The notes under the pieces: model-generated
The model's database searches: none
Told to the model about the DNA's origin: nothing
What the model saw: only the letters and a program-made list of their open reading frames with translations
From: Hypanus sabinus
Lineage: Eukaryota
Reading direction: 5' to 3'
DNA length: 64,000 nt
Assembly (NCBI RefSeq): GCF_030144855.1
Contig: NC_082720.1
Location: forward strand, 57,536,001-57,600,000
Part shown: piece after piece, positions 1 through 12,200 of the stretch
How the letters are laid out: each line of letters starts with the position of its first letter
Position numbering within the stretch: position 1 is the stretch's first letter
Program-made: the position numbers and the translations under genes

Positions 1-944
1 ATGCAACAAACAGCAACAACGTCAAACAATTATAAAGTATAAATATTCATATAAAATAAGTTTGCAAGTACGGATATGGAATAAAATGTGCAACTATACG
101 TAAATATCAACGTGTATTTATAATGTAGCATCACTATAAATAGTGGTTTAAAGTGTTTACAGTTCAATGCAGTGACTGAGGTAATAGATGGAGGGGGCAG
201 GGTTTCTAAATGGATTGGTTAATCATATTAACTCTCTGTGGGAAGAAGCATCTAAGATGAACTTAAGTTTTATTTTTAAAGCCCTCTAGGGATGTCCAGG
301 ACGAATTTTTTTTCGAAAAGGAGGTTGCTGATTGGGTAATGTCCGCCATGATTTTTTTCCTGCCGGCTTCTTTGCCCTGGTCACAAACTGTAAGTCTTAT
401 ATATTGGAATATTGGTGTCATATATTCCAATATTAATGTTTTCGGCAAATTATTAAAAGAGGTACATTTTACTTTTCGCAGACGCTGACAATCATATGGA
501 GTTCTTCTAGTATTTTCAGTCTTTTTTCAGAGCTCCAGTATTTTACATTTCTACTTAAGAGTTTGATCTTTTGGGTAAATCGTACAGATTATCGTCATTC
601 GAAATGTAGAACATCACAGTAAACTTAAAAATATTTCCTGATTAAATACAAAGAGATACTATGACTCTGAGGACTCATAATCAAGAGCTCAAAATGGCAG
701 TAAATTCAAGAAAGAATAATATACCTGTGTCAAATCTGGGGTTAGATTTTTGAGTCCAATGCATCTGTATCTCCTCACAAACAATTTGTTCATGCTTAGT
801 GTGTAATATTTTAATCTGAATATAGATTCTGAGAAACCTGATCAGCAGAACTCAAAAGCAAACAAAAAAGAAATATCCAGGGGCTGAAATAAATTTTAAT
901 TGTGCAACAATAAATACAATTCTGTGCAAATTTACACCTATCTA

Positions 945-1072
945 GCTTTAAGAAATGAGCGGAATCGTGATTGGTGGATATGAATAAGTTTCTCCACCAA
1001 TCCTGGGCTGCGATGTAATGAGTGATCCGGACAACCCCCTTCATGACTCAGCCACCATCACGGCGGATCAGA
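945..1072 (+). promoter_or_regulatory. V1 promoter module
   Basis: GCTTTAAGAA 945; ATTGG 970; CCAAT 997 (22-nt spacer); GTGATCC; CAGCCACCATC; GATCAGA. The same order occurs upstream of all nine exons. Confidence 0.8.
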
Positions 1073-1295
1073 CACAGTGAAAACGGGATAACCAGCAGCT
1101 CCGTGGAATTTTGGCAGGAATGCTCTTGAAACTTTAAGCAAAATGCGAGTATACGAATATTTTTTTTCGGGATACATAAAAGGTACGAGTTTCTTTGTGT
1201 TGATATTTTGTTCTATTTAACGCCGGCTCGCTGTTGAAAAGGAAAATGAAGGCAATAGTCGGGGCATGAAACAATTGGAATGTATTATCCTGGCA

Positions 1296-3755
1296 ATGAA
1301 ATATAAAATATATTGGCTGGTAAAATTGCAATTATTATTCTGCACGTTCTCCCCATGGGATGTTGTATCTGGTCAGATCAATTATTCTGTCCCTGAAGAA
1401 TTGCAACCAGGAGCCTTTGTTGGGGAAATCGCGGCCGATTTTGGTTTAGATGTGAAGCAGCTGTCGGTTCGAGGTTTACGGATAGGACCCGGTCCTGGGA
1501 AGCAATATTTCGACGTAAATTTGGAGAATGGGATTTTATTTATGAAAGAAATTATCGACAGAGAACTGCTTTGTGGGTCGAATCCCGATTGTCGCTTATC
1601 GTTGGATGTTGTGCTTGAAAATCCCTTAAGCCTGCACACGGTGGAAGTGGAGATTCTCGATGTAAATGATAATGCTCCTAGTTTCCCGAAAAGACAGCTT
1701 CGCCTTGAAATCATGGAGCTTGCAGCCCCGGGTATGCGATTTCCTCTTGAACCCGCACACGATCCTGACATTGGCACAAACTCTTTGCAAACCTACCAGC
1801 TAGAATCAAATGAGTATTTTACTCTGGACGTGCAAAGGCGCAGCGGGAAGGGAAAACGGCCAGTGTTATTGTTACAAAAACCATTGGACAGGGAAACGAT
1901 GTCAACGCACAATGTGACGTTAACAGCTAAAGACGGCGGTTTGCCGCCGAGATCAGGGACAGCTCTGATTATGATCATAGTGAAAGATGTTAACGACAAT
2001 GCGCCGGTTTTCTCTCAACCGGTTTACAGAATCAGTCTTCTAGAATCTGCGCCGAAAGGAACCCTAGTGATCACGTTGAACGCGACTGACTTGGACGATG
2101 GCCTCAACGGGGAGATAATATATTCATTCCGTAGCCATATTTCTGCTGCTTCTCGTGAGCTGTTTGACCTGAATTCCAAAACAGGTGAAATCAGACTCAA
2201 AGGGAAGTTGGACTATGAAAAAAAACGCGGGTTTGAGATTAACATACAGGCGATGGATAAGGGTTCAGGCGCTGTTCCCGAGTACTGTGACGTAATGGTT
2301 CACATTATCGATGTGAATGATAACGCACCTGAGGTAACTTTACGGTCATTGCAAGCCATAGTTTCTGAGGACGCACCACCTGGAACTGTCGTGGCTTTCT
2401 TCAATACAGAAGACCGTGATTCCGAACAAAATGGTCAAGTACAATGTCAAATTCCAAAGCAATTGCCTTTCAATTTAGATTCATCTATAAAGAACTATTA
2501 CAGAATTCTTGTGCAAAATCAATTGGATCGCGAATACACATCAAAGTACGATATTGTTGTAACATGTACGGACGCGGGAGACCTTCCACTCAGCTCCAAG
2601 AAAACCATCCGAGTAGAGGTTTCAGATATAAATGACAACGCACCAGCGTTTTCTCGCTCAGTATACACAGCAAATGTTATGGAGAACAATGTTATTGGGA
2701 CATCCATATTTTCCATGACGGCCTTCGATTCAGATCTCGGCGAAAATGCTCAAATAATCTTTTCTATCTTGGAGTCTCTGGTTCAGAATTCCTCAATAAC
2801 ATCCTATGTCTCAATTAACTCTTCGAGTGGTGTCATTTATGCTCAGAGATCTTTTGACTACGAACAATTGAAAAGCTTCCAGATTCATGTTGAAGTGCGG
2901 GATTCTGGTGCGCCTGCGCTGAAAGGTAATGCTTCAGTGAAAGTGGTTATCCTTGATCAGAATGATAATGCTCCAGTGATTACACATCCTTTACCCGAAT
3001 ACGGGCCAACAGCAATAGAAACAATATCCAGGTTTGCAGAACCAGGATCTTTGGTTGTAAAGGTATCGGCCACCGATGCCGACTCTGGTCAAAATTCTCG
3101 ACTCTCTTATCAAATTTTTCAGGCCACCCATCATAATCTTTTTACTATTTCCGCAGACACTGGTGAAGTTTGGACTATCCGTCGAATTCTGAACAGGGAT
3201 ACCTCTAATCAAAGGCTGGTGGTCGTCGTAAAGGATAATGGAATTCCATCACTCTCTTCCAGTGTGACTATTGTATTATCTGTTGTTGGAACAAATATTG
3301 AATCATTTCCAAGTGCCAGCAGCTCGTCGACAGATCCGAGGTATACACCTGAACTGAGTCTTTCCCTGGTTATAGCTTTGGGAATAATATCCAGCGTTCT
3401 CTTCATAATTTTAGTCATACTCGCCATTAAAGTTCACATAAACAGGAATGGCATGGTACACGGGCACTATTCAATGGGAACTTGTTGTTGCTTTGAATCA
3501 AGAAATTCTTGGAATGGAATTCAGAGGGCCAGTAAAAACCTTCAGATACAACCGAACTATGTTGAAGTGTTTGGGGGCGATCCGCTCTCTCAGAGATTTC
3601 GTTACGAGTCATGTTCGACATTGCAGTCTACCAAGAGGGATTTCATCGTGCCCAACATATGTAGAACATCTGCAGACAAGAATTATGTATTAAGCGAAAC
3701 TATCGTCAAAGAAAACACTGAAATGGTGAAGTCTGTAAAACACAGTGTGTCCCAG
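1296..3755 (+). CDS. Clustered protocadherin variable exon V1 (group A): signal peptide, EC1-EC6, TM, variable cytoplasmic domain
   Basis: ORF 1266-3770 has six cadherin repeats (DxNDNxP, LDRE/LDYE, AxDxG), an EC1 C-X5-C motif (CGSNPDC) and a TM helix (LVIALGIISSVLFIILVILAI). ATG 1296 (MKYKIYW) aligns with the paralog starts. Phase-0 donor CAG|GTGAGG at 3755/3756; unspliced read-through stops at 3770. Confidence 0.95.
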
Positions 3756-4269
3756 GTGAGGATGTTTTAAGCAGAGAATATAATCTTCAAATGTTCTGTT
3801 TTTGTACAGGTGTGCTAACACATTATCAGCATATACCGCGTGGGAATCATATTTTGTGCAACCATTCTATTTCCAAAAGATATTATCGCTTGCGTTATGG
3901 GTCAGTAAATCTGTCGCCATATTATGTCTTGATACCTTTCGCATTTTTAGAGGCGTTTTAATCCCATTTAATAACATACTCAGCTATAGGTCAGTTGATT
4001 ATACACCCGTTCCGGTAACCAAACATTCCTGCCGGTGAAAAGCAATTCTCCCATTATCCTTCCAGTCTAGGGCATTGTATTCCGTGCTCGCGGTGTGGTT
4101 TCATTTAAAATGACACATATAAATGCAGTTTGAGTGACCAGATTGAAAATATACTTCCTGTTAACATACAATCTGTTGAAGGAACACAGTAATCAAGCTG
4201 AATCTCTGGGAACAAATGAAGTGTCAACGGTTATAATCGAAACCTTGAATCATGACTCAAGTTTAATAT

Positions 4270-5515
4270 CGTTTAAGTTAAATGATTGATTTTTTTGTTG
4301 AGGATGTGACTAAACACGTTGATGAAGGAAGAGCAGTGGATATATATATATGGATTTCAGCAAGACATTTGATAAGGTATCCCATGCAAGGCTTATTGAG
4401 AAAGTAAGGTAGTGTGGGATTCAAGGGGACATTGCTTTGTGGATCCAGAACTAGCTTGCCCACAGAAGGCAAAGAGTGATTATAGACGGGTCATATTCTG
4501 CATGGAGGTCGGTGACCAGTGGTGTGTCTCAGGGATCTATTCTGAGACCCTTACTCTTCGTGATTTTTGTAAATGACCTGAATGAAGAAATAGAGGGATG
4601 AGTTAGCAAGTTTGCTGATGACAGAAATATTGGAGGTGTTGTGGATAGTGTGCAGGACTGTCAGAGGTTACAGCAGGACATTGATAGGATGGCAAACTTA
4701 GTTGAGAAGTGGCAGATAGTGTTCAACCAAATACATGAGAAGTGGTTAATTTTGGTAGTTCAAATATGACGGCAAAATATAGTATTAATAGTAAGACTCT
4801 TAGCAGTGTGGAGGATCAGATAGATCTTGGGGTTGAGTCCATACGACGCACAAAGCAGCTGCGCAGGTTGACTCTGTGGTTAAGAAGGGGCACGGTGTAT
4901 TAGCGTTCACTAATCGTTGAAGTGAATTTAGGAGCTGAGAGATAATGTTGCAGCTATATAGGTCCATTGTCAGACCCCACTTGGAGTACTGTGCTCATTT
5001 CTGGTCACCTCACTACAGGAAACATCTGGAAGCCATAGAAAGGGTGCAGAGGAGATTTACACGGATGTTGCCTGGATTGGGGAGGATGCTTTATGAGACT
5101 AGGTTGCGTGAACACGGCCTTATCTCCTTGCAGCGAAGGAGCATGAGAGGTGACCTGATAGAGGTATACAAGATGATATGATAAGAGGCATTGATTGTGT
5201 GGATAGTTAGAGGTTTTTTCCTAGGACTGAAATGATTGCCAGAAGAGGACACCGGTTTAAGGTGCTGGGGAGTATGTACAGAGGAGATGGTAGGGGTAAG
5301 GTTTTTACTCAGAGAGTGGTGAGTGCGTGGAATGGGCTGCCAGTAAGGGATACGATAGGCCCAAGGTCTTTTAAGGGTCTTTTGGATAGATACATGGACC
5401 TTACAAAAGTAGAGGGCTATGGTTAAGCTTAGTAATTTCTAAGGTTGGGACATGTTCGGCACAACTTTGTGGGTCGAAGGGCCTGTATTGTGCTATAGGT
5501 TTTCAGTGTTTCTGT
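4270..5515 (+). mobile_element. CR1-type LINE, 5'-truncated, frameshifted RT and 3' UTR
   Basis: Fragments LYRSIVRPHLEYCAHFWSPHY, ERVQRRFTRMLPG, RGDLIEVYK and FTQRVVSAWNGLP are typical of the CR1 ORF2 C-terminus; a KFADD-like motif lies near 4610. Confidence 0.9.
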
Positions 5516-8259
5516 CGTTGTTTAATACCCGCTTTTGATTCTCGTGCATAGTCTCTCGGGGTGTCTAAGCCCCAATTGTCATTCTCTTTATTTCTGCATT
5601 CTACACCAGCTCTGAATTTGGATAACCTTACTATTCCTCAGAAACTTAACCTCAACGGGGGAATAAACCGTATCTTTCATCCCTACATCATTTAACTCTC
5701 GTTACTCATTATGCAGTATTATTTTATTATGGAATTTATTTCATTATGGAAATAAATTATTTCCCATGTTGTACTTTTGTATTAAATGCGCCGTATCAAT
5801 GTGCATCTGGGCTGTACACCTTAAGTTTTTTTCTTTCCATAGATGCTGCCTGATATGTTGGTTGTAACCAACGAACTCTTTTGTTTCCGATTTCAATAGT
5901 CCCACGTCTGCAGCTTTTCCCAGTTCCGTCAGTTTTATTCTCGCGAATTGTCCTCAGCTGTTCTTCCAAAGTTTAATAGTCTCCATTGAAACCTTGGCGC
6001 CATTACATGTCTTGCTAGCACGTAAACAACTTTTCTTTGCAATCACTGAGATATCTCAAACTCTTATCCTTTTACCTACCAGTCGATCGCCCACCTCAAA
6101 CTTAATTACCCTAAAATGGCCGTTTATCGTTTTCTCCAATATAATGTCATCGACCCAAAACATAAAAATTCTTCCCCCCTCTATGAATGTTAAGTTCTCT
6201 GCTGAGTATCTCCATGCTTCTTTATTTCAGCGGTTAAATTCCTTTAAAACGTATTCAAGACTTACGTGCCAATAAAGATATCTAGGCAAATGTTCCGAAA
6301 ACAATAGCATTCGCGGTAACGTATTTTAGGTTCGATCTTTCTTCCATGCACCATTTGTTCTTTGAGGTGAGCATGATTAAACGTTGACACCCTTTCTGGA
6401 ATAGAAGCAGAAGAAAGATCCACAGAAAAATCGTGTTTTAAAAGGTATTTCTGATCACTAGCACACTGTCGTTTGGTGGACTGGTTACACAAAAGCTAGA
6501 TATTGGATTTCCTGAAGTGAAACAGTGATAATATAATAAGACCTCAAAATATTGTTTGCAAGATGCATTGGGATGTCCTTATAGGACGTTAGTCATGTAA
6601 GGGCCTTTTAAAAGTTTTGTTGGCCCTCGCATTGTCTTCTACCATTTGCAAGACATTCTATTCATGCAAGTAACCACGGAAGTACAGAGCGTTTGTCTTC
6701 AGTACAATGAATTTCTGGTCTAAACGTTTTAATAGGTTTCGATTGGACAATTGAACACGTGAATATCTCGAATTTTCTTACAGTCAAGCCAAAAGGAACA
6801 TACATATTTGTCTTCTGTAACCAGTGTTTGGAAATGGATCACGAAGACTGTTCTTCTCTTTTGCCTCATAGATATTTGTCCTTGGGAGGTAGATGTGAAC
6901 GCTCTTTTGATATACCATAGTCATTGTGATAAAGGTGTTTGCGTTTCGTTGAGTGAGCCCCAGAAATTTTGACTCTATGATTATGAAGAGGCAACGGTAT
7001 ATTATCTAGTCAGGGAAATGTTGCATATTGATTCTCGTCCTCTAATTACATTGTCTCTTAGTAAGCACCTAGTAGGAGTATTGTGCATGCTCCTGAATGG
7101 TTGTATATTGTCCTACATGCTACTGTGGACTGAGAGATCGTCTAATAAATATTATGCACTACGAATTAAGTTGGAAGATTTGTCCAGAATATTATTACGT
7201 TTTCTAAATGAGTTATACATCCAGCAACCGAAATATTGATCTGGTAGTTGCACTGATTCGTATGTTTTTAGACGACACGCAGGGGGACAGAAATTTGGAG
7301 ATATGGATAGTGTCACAGTTACAAAATATAGATCATATGAAGAATTGTAGGAAGACGTGTAGATGGAAGTCAAACTAGATGTGTATGACGTTCAAATAAG
7401 TGGATCCTTTGGAACACTGAAGTTTAGAGGCATTTTGGGAAGGAAATACTTAACTGCCTGGAACAGGAAATGTGCATGTAGTACCGAAGGCATAGACATT
7501 GCTTCCATTACTGGCTAGTTGGGGTAATGGGAAGAAAAGTGAGGAAAAGTGTCGTATATTGAAAATTTAAGATCGAACGAACTTAGAGAATTATTTGTAG
7601 TGCGCTTTGCCGATATATGTAAGATGTTGACCTTTTGGAAATGGTACAGCAGACATTTGCCAAAATGTTGCGTAGAATTGCTTAAAGTAGATGACCAATA
7701 AGAGATGCTTGATAAACGTGGATTGCCTTTTCTTGTGCATCGAAGGCTAAGTGACAACCATATAAAAATGTATAACATTATGGGTGCGCTAATTACGATA
7801 CATTGTCAGAGTGCTGCACGTGGTACAACTATCAGATAGTGGACGCCATTGCTTTCAGATGTTGGGGACTTGGGAGAAGTTCAAAGAATATTTGTGAGTA
7901 TGGTTTGGTCTTTACACAGAGAATGGTAGATACCTGTAATAAAAGAAATGGACTTAAAAGGATACGATAGCAATGTTTAATAGACGACGAGACAGATACT
8001 CAAACAAGCATGAAATAAAAGAATACAAAAGGTACGCCCAGAGTTATGATTGTTCAAGTATGCTTGCTGCACATTTCTATTTTCTTTCCATGTCTGCTGT
8101 AAATCTGGAAATATTTCAGAACATGACCTTTTTCATTTCACAGTCAAATACTTTACGTAGCGGGGTTTTTTTTTAATTTTGGTAAATAGTGACACTGATT
8201 GCCAGAACAGACTTATCATGCTGTATAATTTACTCGGGATGCTACTGGATCAGTGGAAT

Positions 8260-8950
8260 AATAACGAAAAAGCCTACCACAAGTAATAGATACAGCCAGT
8301 CCCTCACAGGAAAAAAAGTTCCAACCTTCTGAGCATATCTACAAGGAGAATTGCCCTAAGGACGCAACACCCATCATCAAGGATGTCAAGGCCATGTTCT
8401 GTTCTTGCCTCCGCCATCGGAAAGAAGGTAGAGAAGCCTTCGGTCCCACATAACCAGGTTGAGGAACAGTTATTACCCTTCAACCATCAGGCTCATAAAC
8501 CAGCGTCAACCCACTTCACTCACCTCAATTCTGAACTGATTCCACAGACCAAGTTTCCCGGATTCTACAACTCATGTTGTTAATATTATCAATCTATTCA
8601 TTAATTAATTAATACGTGCATTAATACGTTCATTTATTCACTTACTTAATCATCTATTAATTTGTTTCATAATTTAGCTATAAATTTATCTCAGTTTACC
8701 TACTTTTATTTATTTATTTATCGTTCATTTATTTGCACGTTTATTTATTTATTATTTGTTATTTTCTTTGCCCAATTTGTCTTCTTTTGTACATTGGTTG
8801 TTTGTCAGTTTTTGGTTGAGTATAGTTTTTCATTGACTCTATTCTATTTCTTTGTTCTACTGTTATTGCTTGGAGTAATATATCAGAGTAATATATGATG
8901 ACACTTACATACTTTGATAATGAATTTAGTTTGAACGTTCACCTTTGAAA
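8260..8950 (+). mobile_element. Rex1/Babar-like LINE 3' fragment with an (ATTT)n-rich tail
   Basis: ccatcatcaagga...ccatcggaaagaaggtagagaagcc...aggaacagttattaccc resembles the IIKD..LPSGRRYRS..RNSFYP C-terminus also seen at 43607-43813. Confidence 0.6.
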
Positions 8951-9398
8951 TGTTTTAAACTATAGATAAAAGTGAATTAATGTGCTAAGGGGCATAAGCA
9001 ACTGTAGTTGTAAAATGAAAATAAAGTACTGTGAGAATGATGAAACACAGATTACTTTGTACATAATGCAGATAATTGATTTTCATTTTGATAAAATCAA
9101 TTAATATATAATTTAGTTATTGATGCTGCTGACATGCAACAACAGTTTTACAGACTACTAATTCATTGTTGATTATAGATGGAAAATTGTGATGCAGAGA
9201 TACATTGCTGTATTTGATCATGGTTTTGAACGCTATTATTTTTGCAATTGATCTTCAAAGTATTCAGTGCTATTGGACCTGAAAATTCGATTCTAAAGCG
9301 AACATTTCACAGAAATCTGAACGATCCAAACTGCTCGCAGAAATTTCAATTGTACAACAAGAATTAGAACCAAATCATCGCCAAAGTATGCACTTCTT

Positions 9399-9528
9399 GC
9401 TTTAAGAAGTGAGCTGCACTCTGATTGGCCAGTTATGAATACAATGTTGTCCACCAATCAGAAGCTGAGATGTGCCTGGTGATCTGCACAGTCCCTTAAA
9501 TGTGCAGCCGCCATCTTCTAAGTTCAGA
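9399..9528 (+). promoter_or_regulatory. V2 promoter module
   Basis: GCTTTAAGAA 9399; CTGATTGG...CCAATCAG 8-bp inverted pair (ATTGG 9424, CCAAT 9454, 25-nt spacer); GCCGCCATCTT, a YY1-like site. Confidence 0.8.
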
Positions 9529-9737
9529 CGCCACGAAAACTGGATAACCGTAGACCGGGAAGGTTTGTGTACGATTTATCTCGAATAGAAGACAACGTGT
9601 GAACGTTTAAATGAAAATATTCCTGCAATTTCCAAGAAGGTATAGATATATTCAGCGTCATGTTTGTTCCATCTAATTTAAATCGCCGTTAAAAGGCATT
9701 GTCTCAGATGAAAACATTGGTATGATTTCTCCTGGAA

Positions 9738-12200
9738 ATGAGATATAATATAAACTGGCTGTTGAAATACCAACTGTTTTGCTCTTTGTTCTGTCGTTGG
9801 AATCTAGCTTCTGGGCAGATTCGTTACTCCGTTCCCGAGGAATTACAACCGGGTGCCTTTGTTGGGAATATCGCAATTGATTTGGGGTTTGATTTAAAGC
9901 AGCTGTCAGCTCGCAGATTGCGGGTGGCGCCCAGTCCGAGGAAGCAGTATGTTGAGGTAAATTTGGAAAATGGGGTTTTATTTGTGAATGAAAGAATCGA
10001 TCGGGAACAACTTTGCGGGCCAAGCAGCGATTGCATTTTATCCTTGAACGTTGTACTTGAAAATCCTCTTGGTCTGTATCAGGTGGAAGTAGAGATTATC
10101 GATGTAAATGACAACGCTCCCAGTTTCCCTGAAAGCCACATGCGCTTGGAAATCTCAGAAATTATGGCACCGGGAGTGCGATTCCCCCTCGAGGCCGCGT
10201 ACGATCCGGACATTGGAACTAACTCCTTACAAACATACCAGCTCCTTCCCAATGCATATTTTATTCTTGATGTACAGGAGCGCAGTGGGAAAGGAAAGCT
10301 ACCGGTGTTGATGTTGCAGAGCCCTTTAGACAGAGAAACGGTAACAAGTCTCCAGTTAACGCTTTTAGCCGAAGACGGCGGTGTTCCAATGAAATCAGGC
10401 AAGGCCGAGATAACAATTATAGTGCAGGATGCGAATGACAACGCTCCTGTTTTTTCGCGGTCCGTTTATACCGTGAGTCTGTTGGAAACGGCCCCATTAC
10501 GATCCCTCATTATTACAGTAAACGCCACGGACTTGGATGACGGACCTAATGGAGAGATAACGTATTCCATCAGTAGCCACAGTTCTAAAAATATTCCCGA
10601 AGTATTTAGTGTCGATTCAAAAACCGGTGAAATCAGATTGAAAGGACACCTGGACTATGAACAAAGTAATTTTTTTGAGATTAATATTCAAGCAGTCGAT
10701 AATGGCCCTTACGCGATACCGCAGCACTGTGATGTGCTGGTGAATGTTATCGATGTGAATGACAATGCTCCTGACATGAAGTTAACGTCTACGTTAAGTG
10801 CGGTGCCAGAGGATACCTCTGTTGGGACAATAGTGGCACTCCTCAGCGTAGATGACAAAGATTCTGGACAAAATGGACAGGTGCAATGCAAAATATCAAG
10901 CCAACTGCCGTTTAAGCTCGACTCGTCTGTAGAAAACTTTTATAGACTGCTTATACGGCAATCGCTTGATCGTGAAACTACTTCCAGGTATGATATTACC
11001 ATAACATGTACGGATGCGGGGTATCCTAATCTAACATCCACAGAAACGATTCGACTAGATGTGACAGATGTTAATGACAATGCTCCGAGGTTTCTACAAG
11101 CAGTACACACAGCGCATGTCATGGAGAACAACGTTATTGGTGCTTCCATATACTCGTTAACTGCTTTTGACTCAGACATAGGACAGAACGCCCGTCTGAA
11201 CTTTTCCATCCTGCCATCTCAGGTTCAGAATATCCCTATTGACTCTTATATCTCCATCAACGCACAAAGTGGTGTCATATATGCTCAGAAATCTTTTGAC
11301 TATGAGAAATTTAAAAAAATTAAGATTTACGTTCAGGTGCAGGATTCTGGAACCCCACCCCTCCGCAGTAACTCCTCTGTAGATGTTGTTGTCCTTGATC
11401 AGAACGACAACGCTCCAGTCATCGTGTATCCTTCGCCTCAATATGGGTCAACAGTAATGGAGACAATATCCAGGTTTGCTGAACCTGGACACCTCGTTGT
11501 CAAGGTGTCTGCTACTGACGCCGATGCCGGTCAGAATGCTCGTCTATTTTATCAGGTAGTGCAAGCCACTCATCGCAATCTGTTCACAATTTCAGCAGAC
11601 ACAGGGGAAATTTGGACAATCCGCCGTATTGAGAACAAGGATGCCTCCAAGCAAAGGCTGGTGATTGTCGTGAGAGATAATGGAACTCCATCACTCTCTG
11701 CCACTGTGACCATAATATTATCCGTGGAAGGGGACGAAATGATGTCTAGTGCCACCAATTTATCCAAAAACGACGATTTTGCTCCCGATTTGAACTTCTC
11801 CTTGGTCATCGCCTTAGGAACAACTTCTGCTGTCTTGCTAATTATTTTAGTTATCCTCGCGTTTAAGGTTCATAAAACAAGAAATGATGTTGGATGTCGA
11901 TACAGATCTCTGAATACCTGTTGCTGCTTGGGATCAAGGAATTCTTTGAATGGGATTCAAAAGGCCAGCACGAGCCTTCAGATACCACCGAACTACGTTG
12001 AGGTATTCGGAGGTGATCCACTTTCCCAGAGTTTCCGTTACAAGTCCTGTTCAACGTTGCAGTCTGTGAAGAGAGACCTCGCGATCCAGCAAACTTGCGG
12101 GTTGTCTACAGATTCGCATTACAGCCTGCGGAAGTTTGTTCGGAAAGAGAATGCAGGAATGACAAAGCCTGAGGAGTGCAATTGCAATGTATATACTGAG
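9738..12200 (+). CDS. Clustered protocadherin variable exon V2 (group B, keeps the long EC5 loop)
   Basis: 825-aa ORF 9738-12215 with six EC repeats and a TM helix. Phase-0 donor GAG|GTGAGG at 12200/12201. Confidence 0.95.

Noticed and set aside
1266-1295. 10-aa N-terminal extension of V1 from ATG 1266
   Set aside because: No other paralog has an in-frame ATG there. ATG 1296 aligns with all paralog starts and with the uORF geometry. Minor use cannot be excluded.
1382-1777. Recurrent minus-strand ORFs inside each exon (e.g. 1382-1777, 28373-28768, 45816-46205, 57067-57507) with similar translations
   Set aside because: They are antisense shadows of conserved cadherin codons. Their starts and lengths vary between paralogs and there is no independent evidence of coding.
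4945-5426. Short intergenic ORFs in the track as independent genes
   Set aside because: They are frameshifted LINE/Tc1 fragments or chance ORFs in AT-rich DNA; no intact transposase or RT is present in the window.
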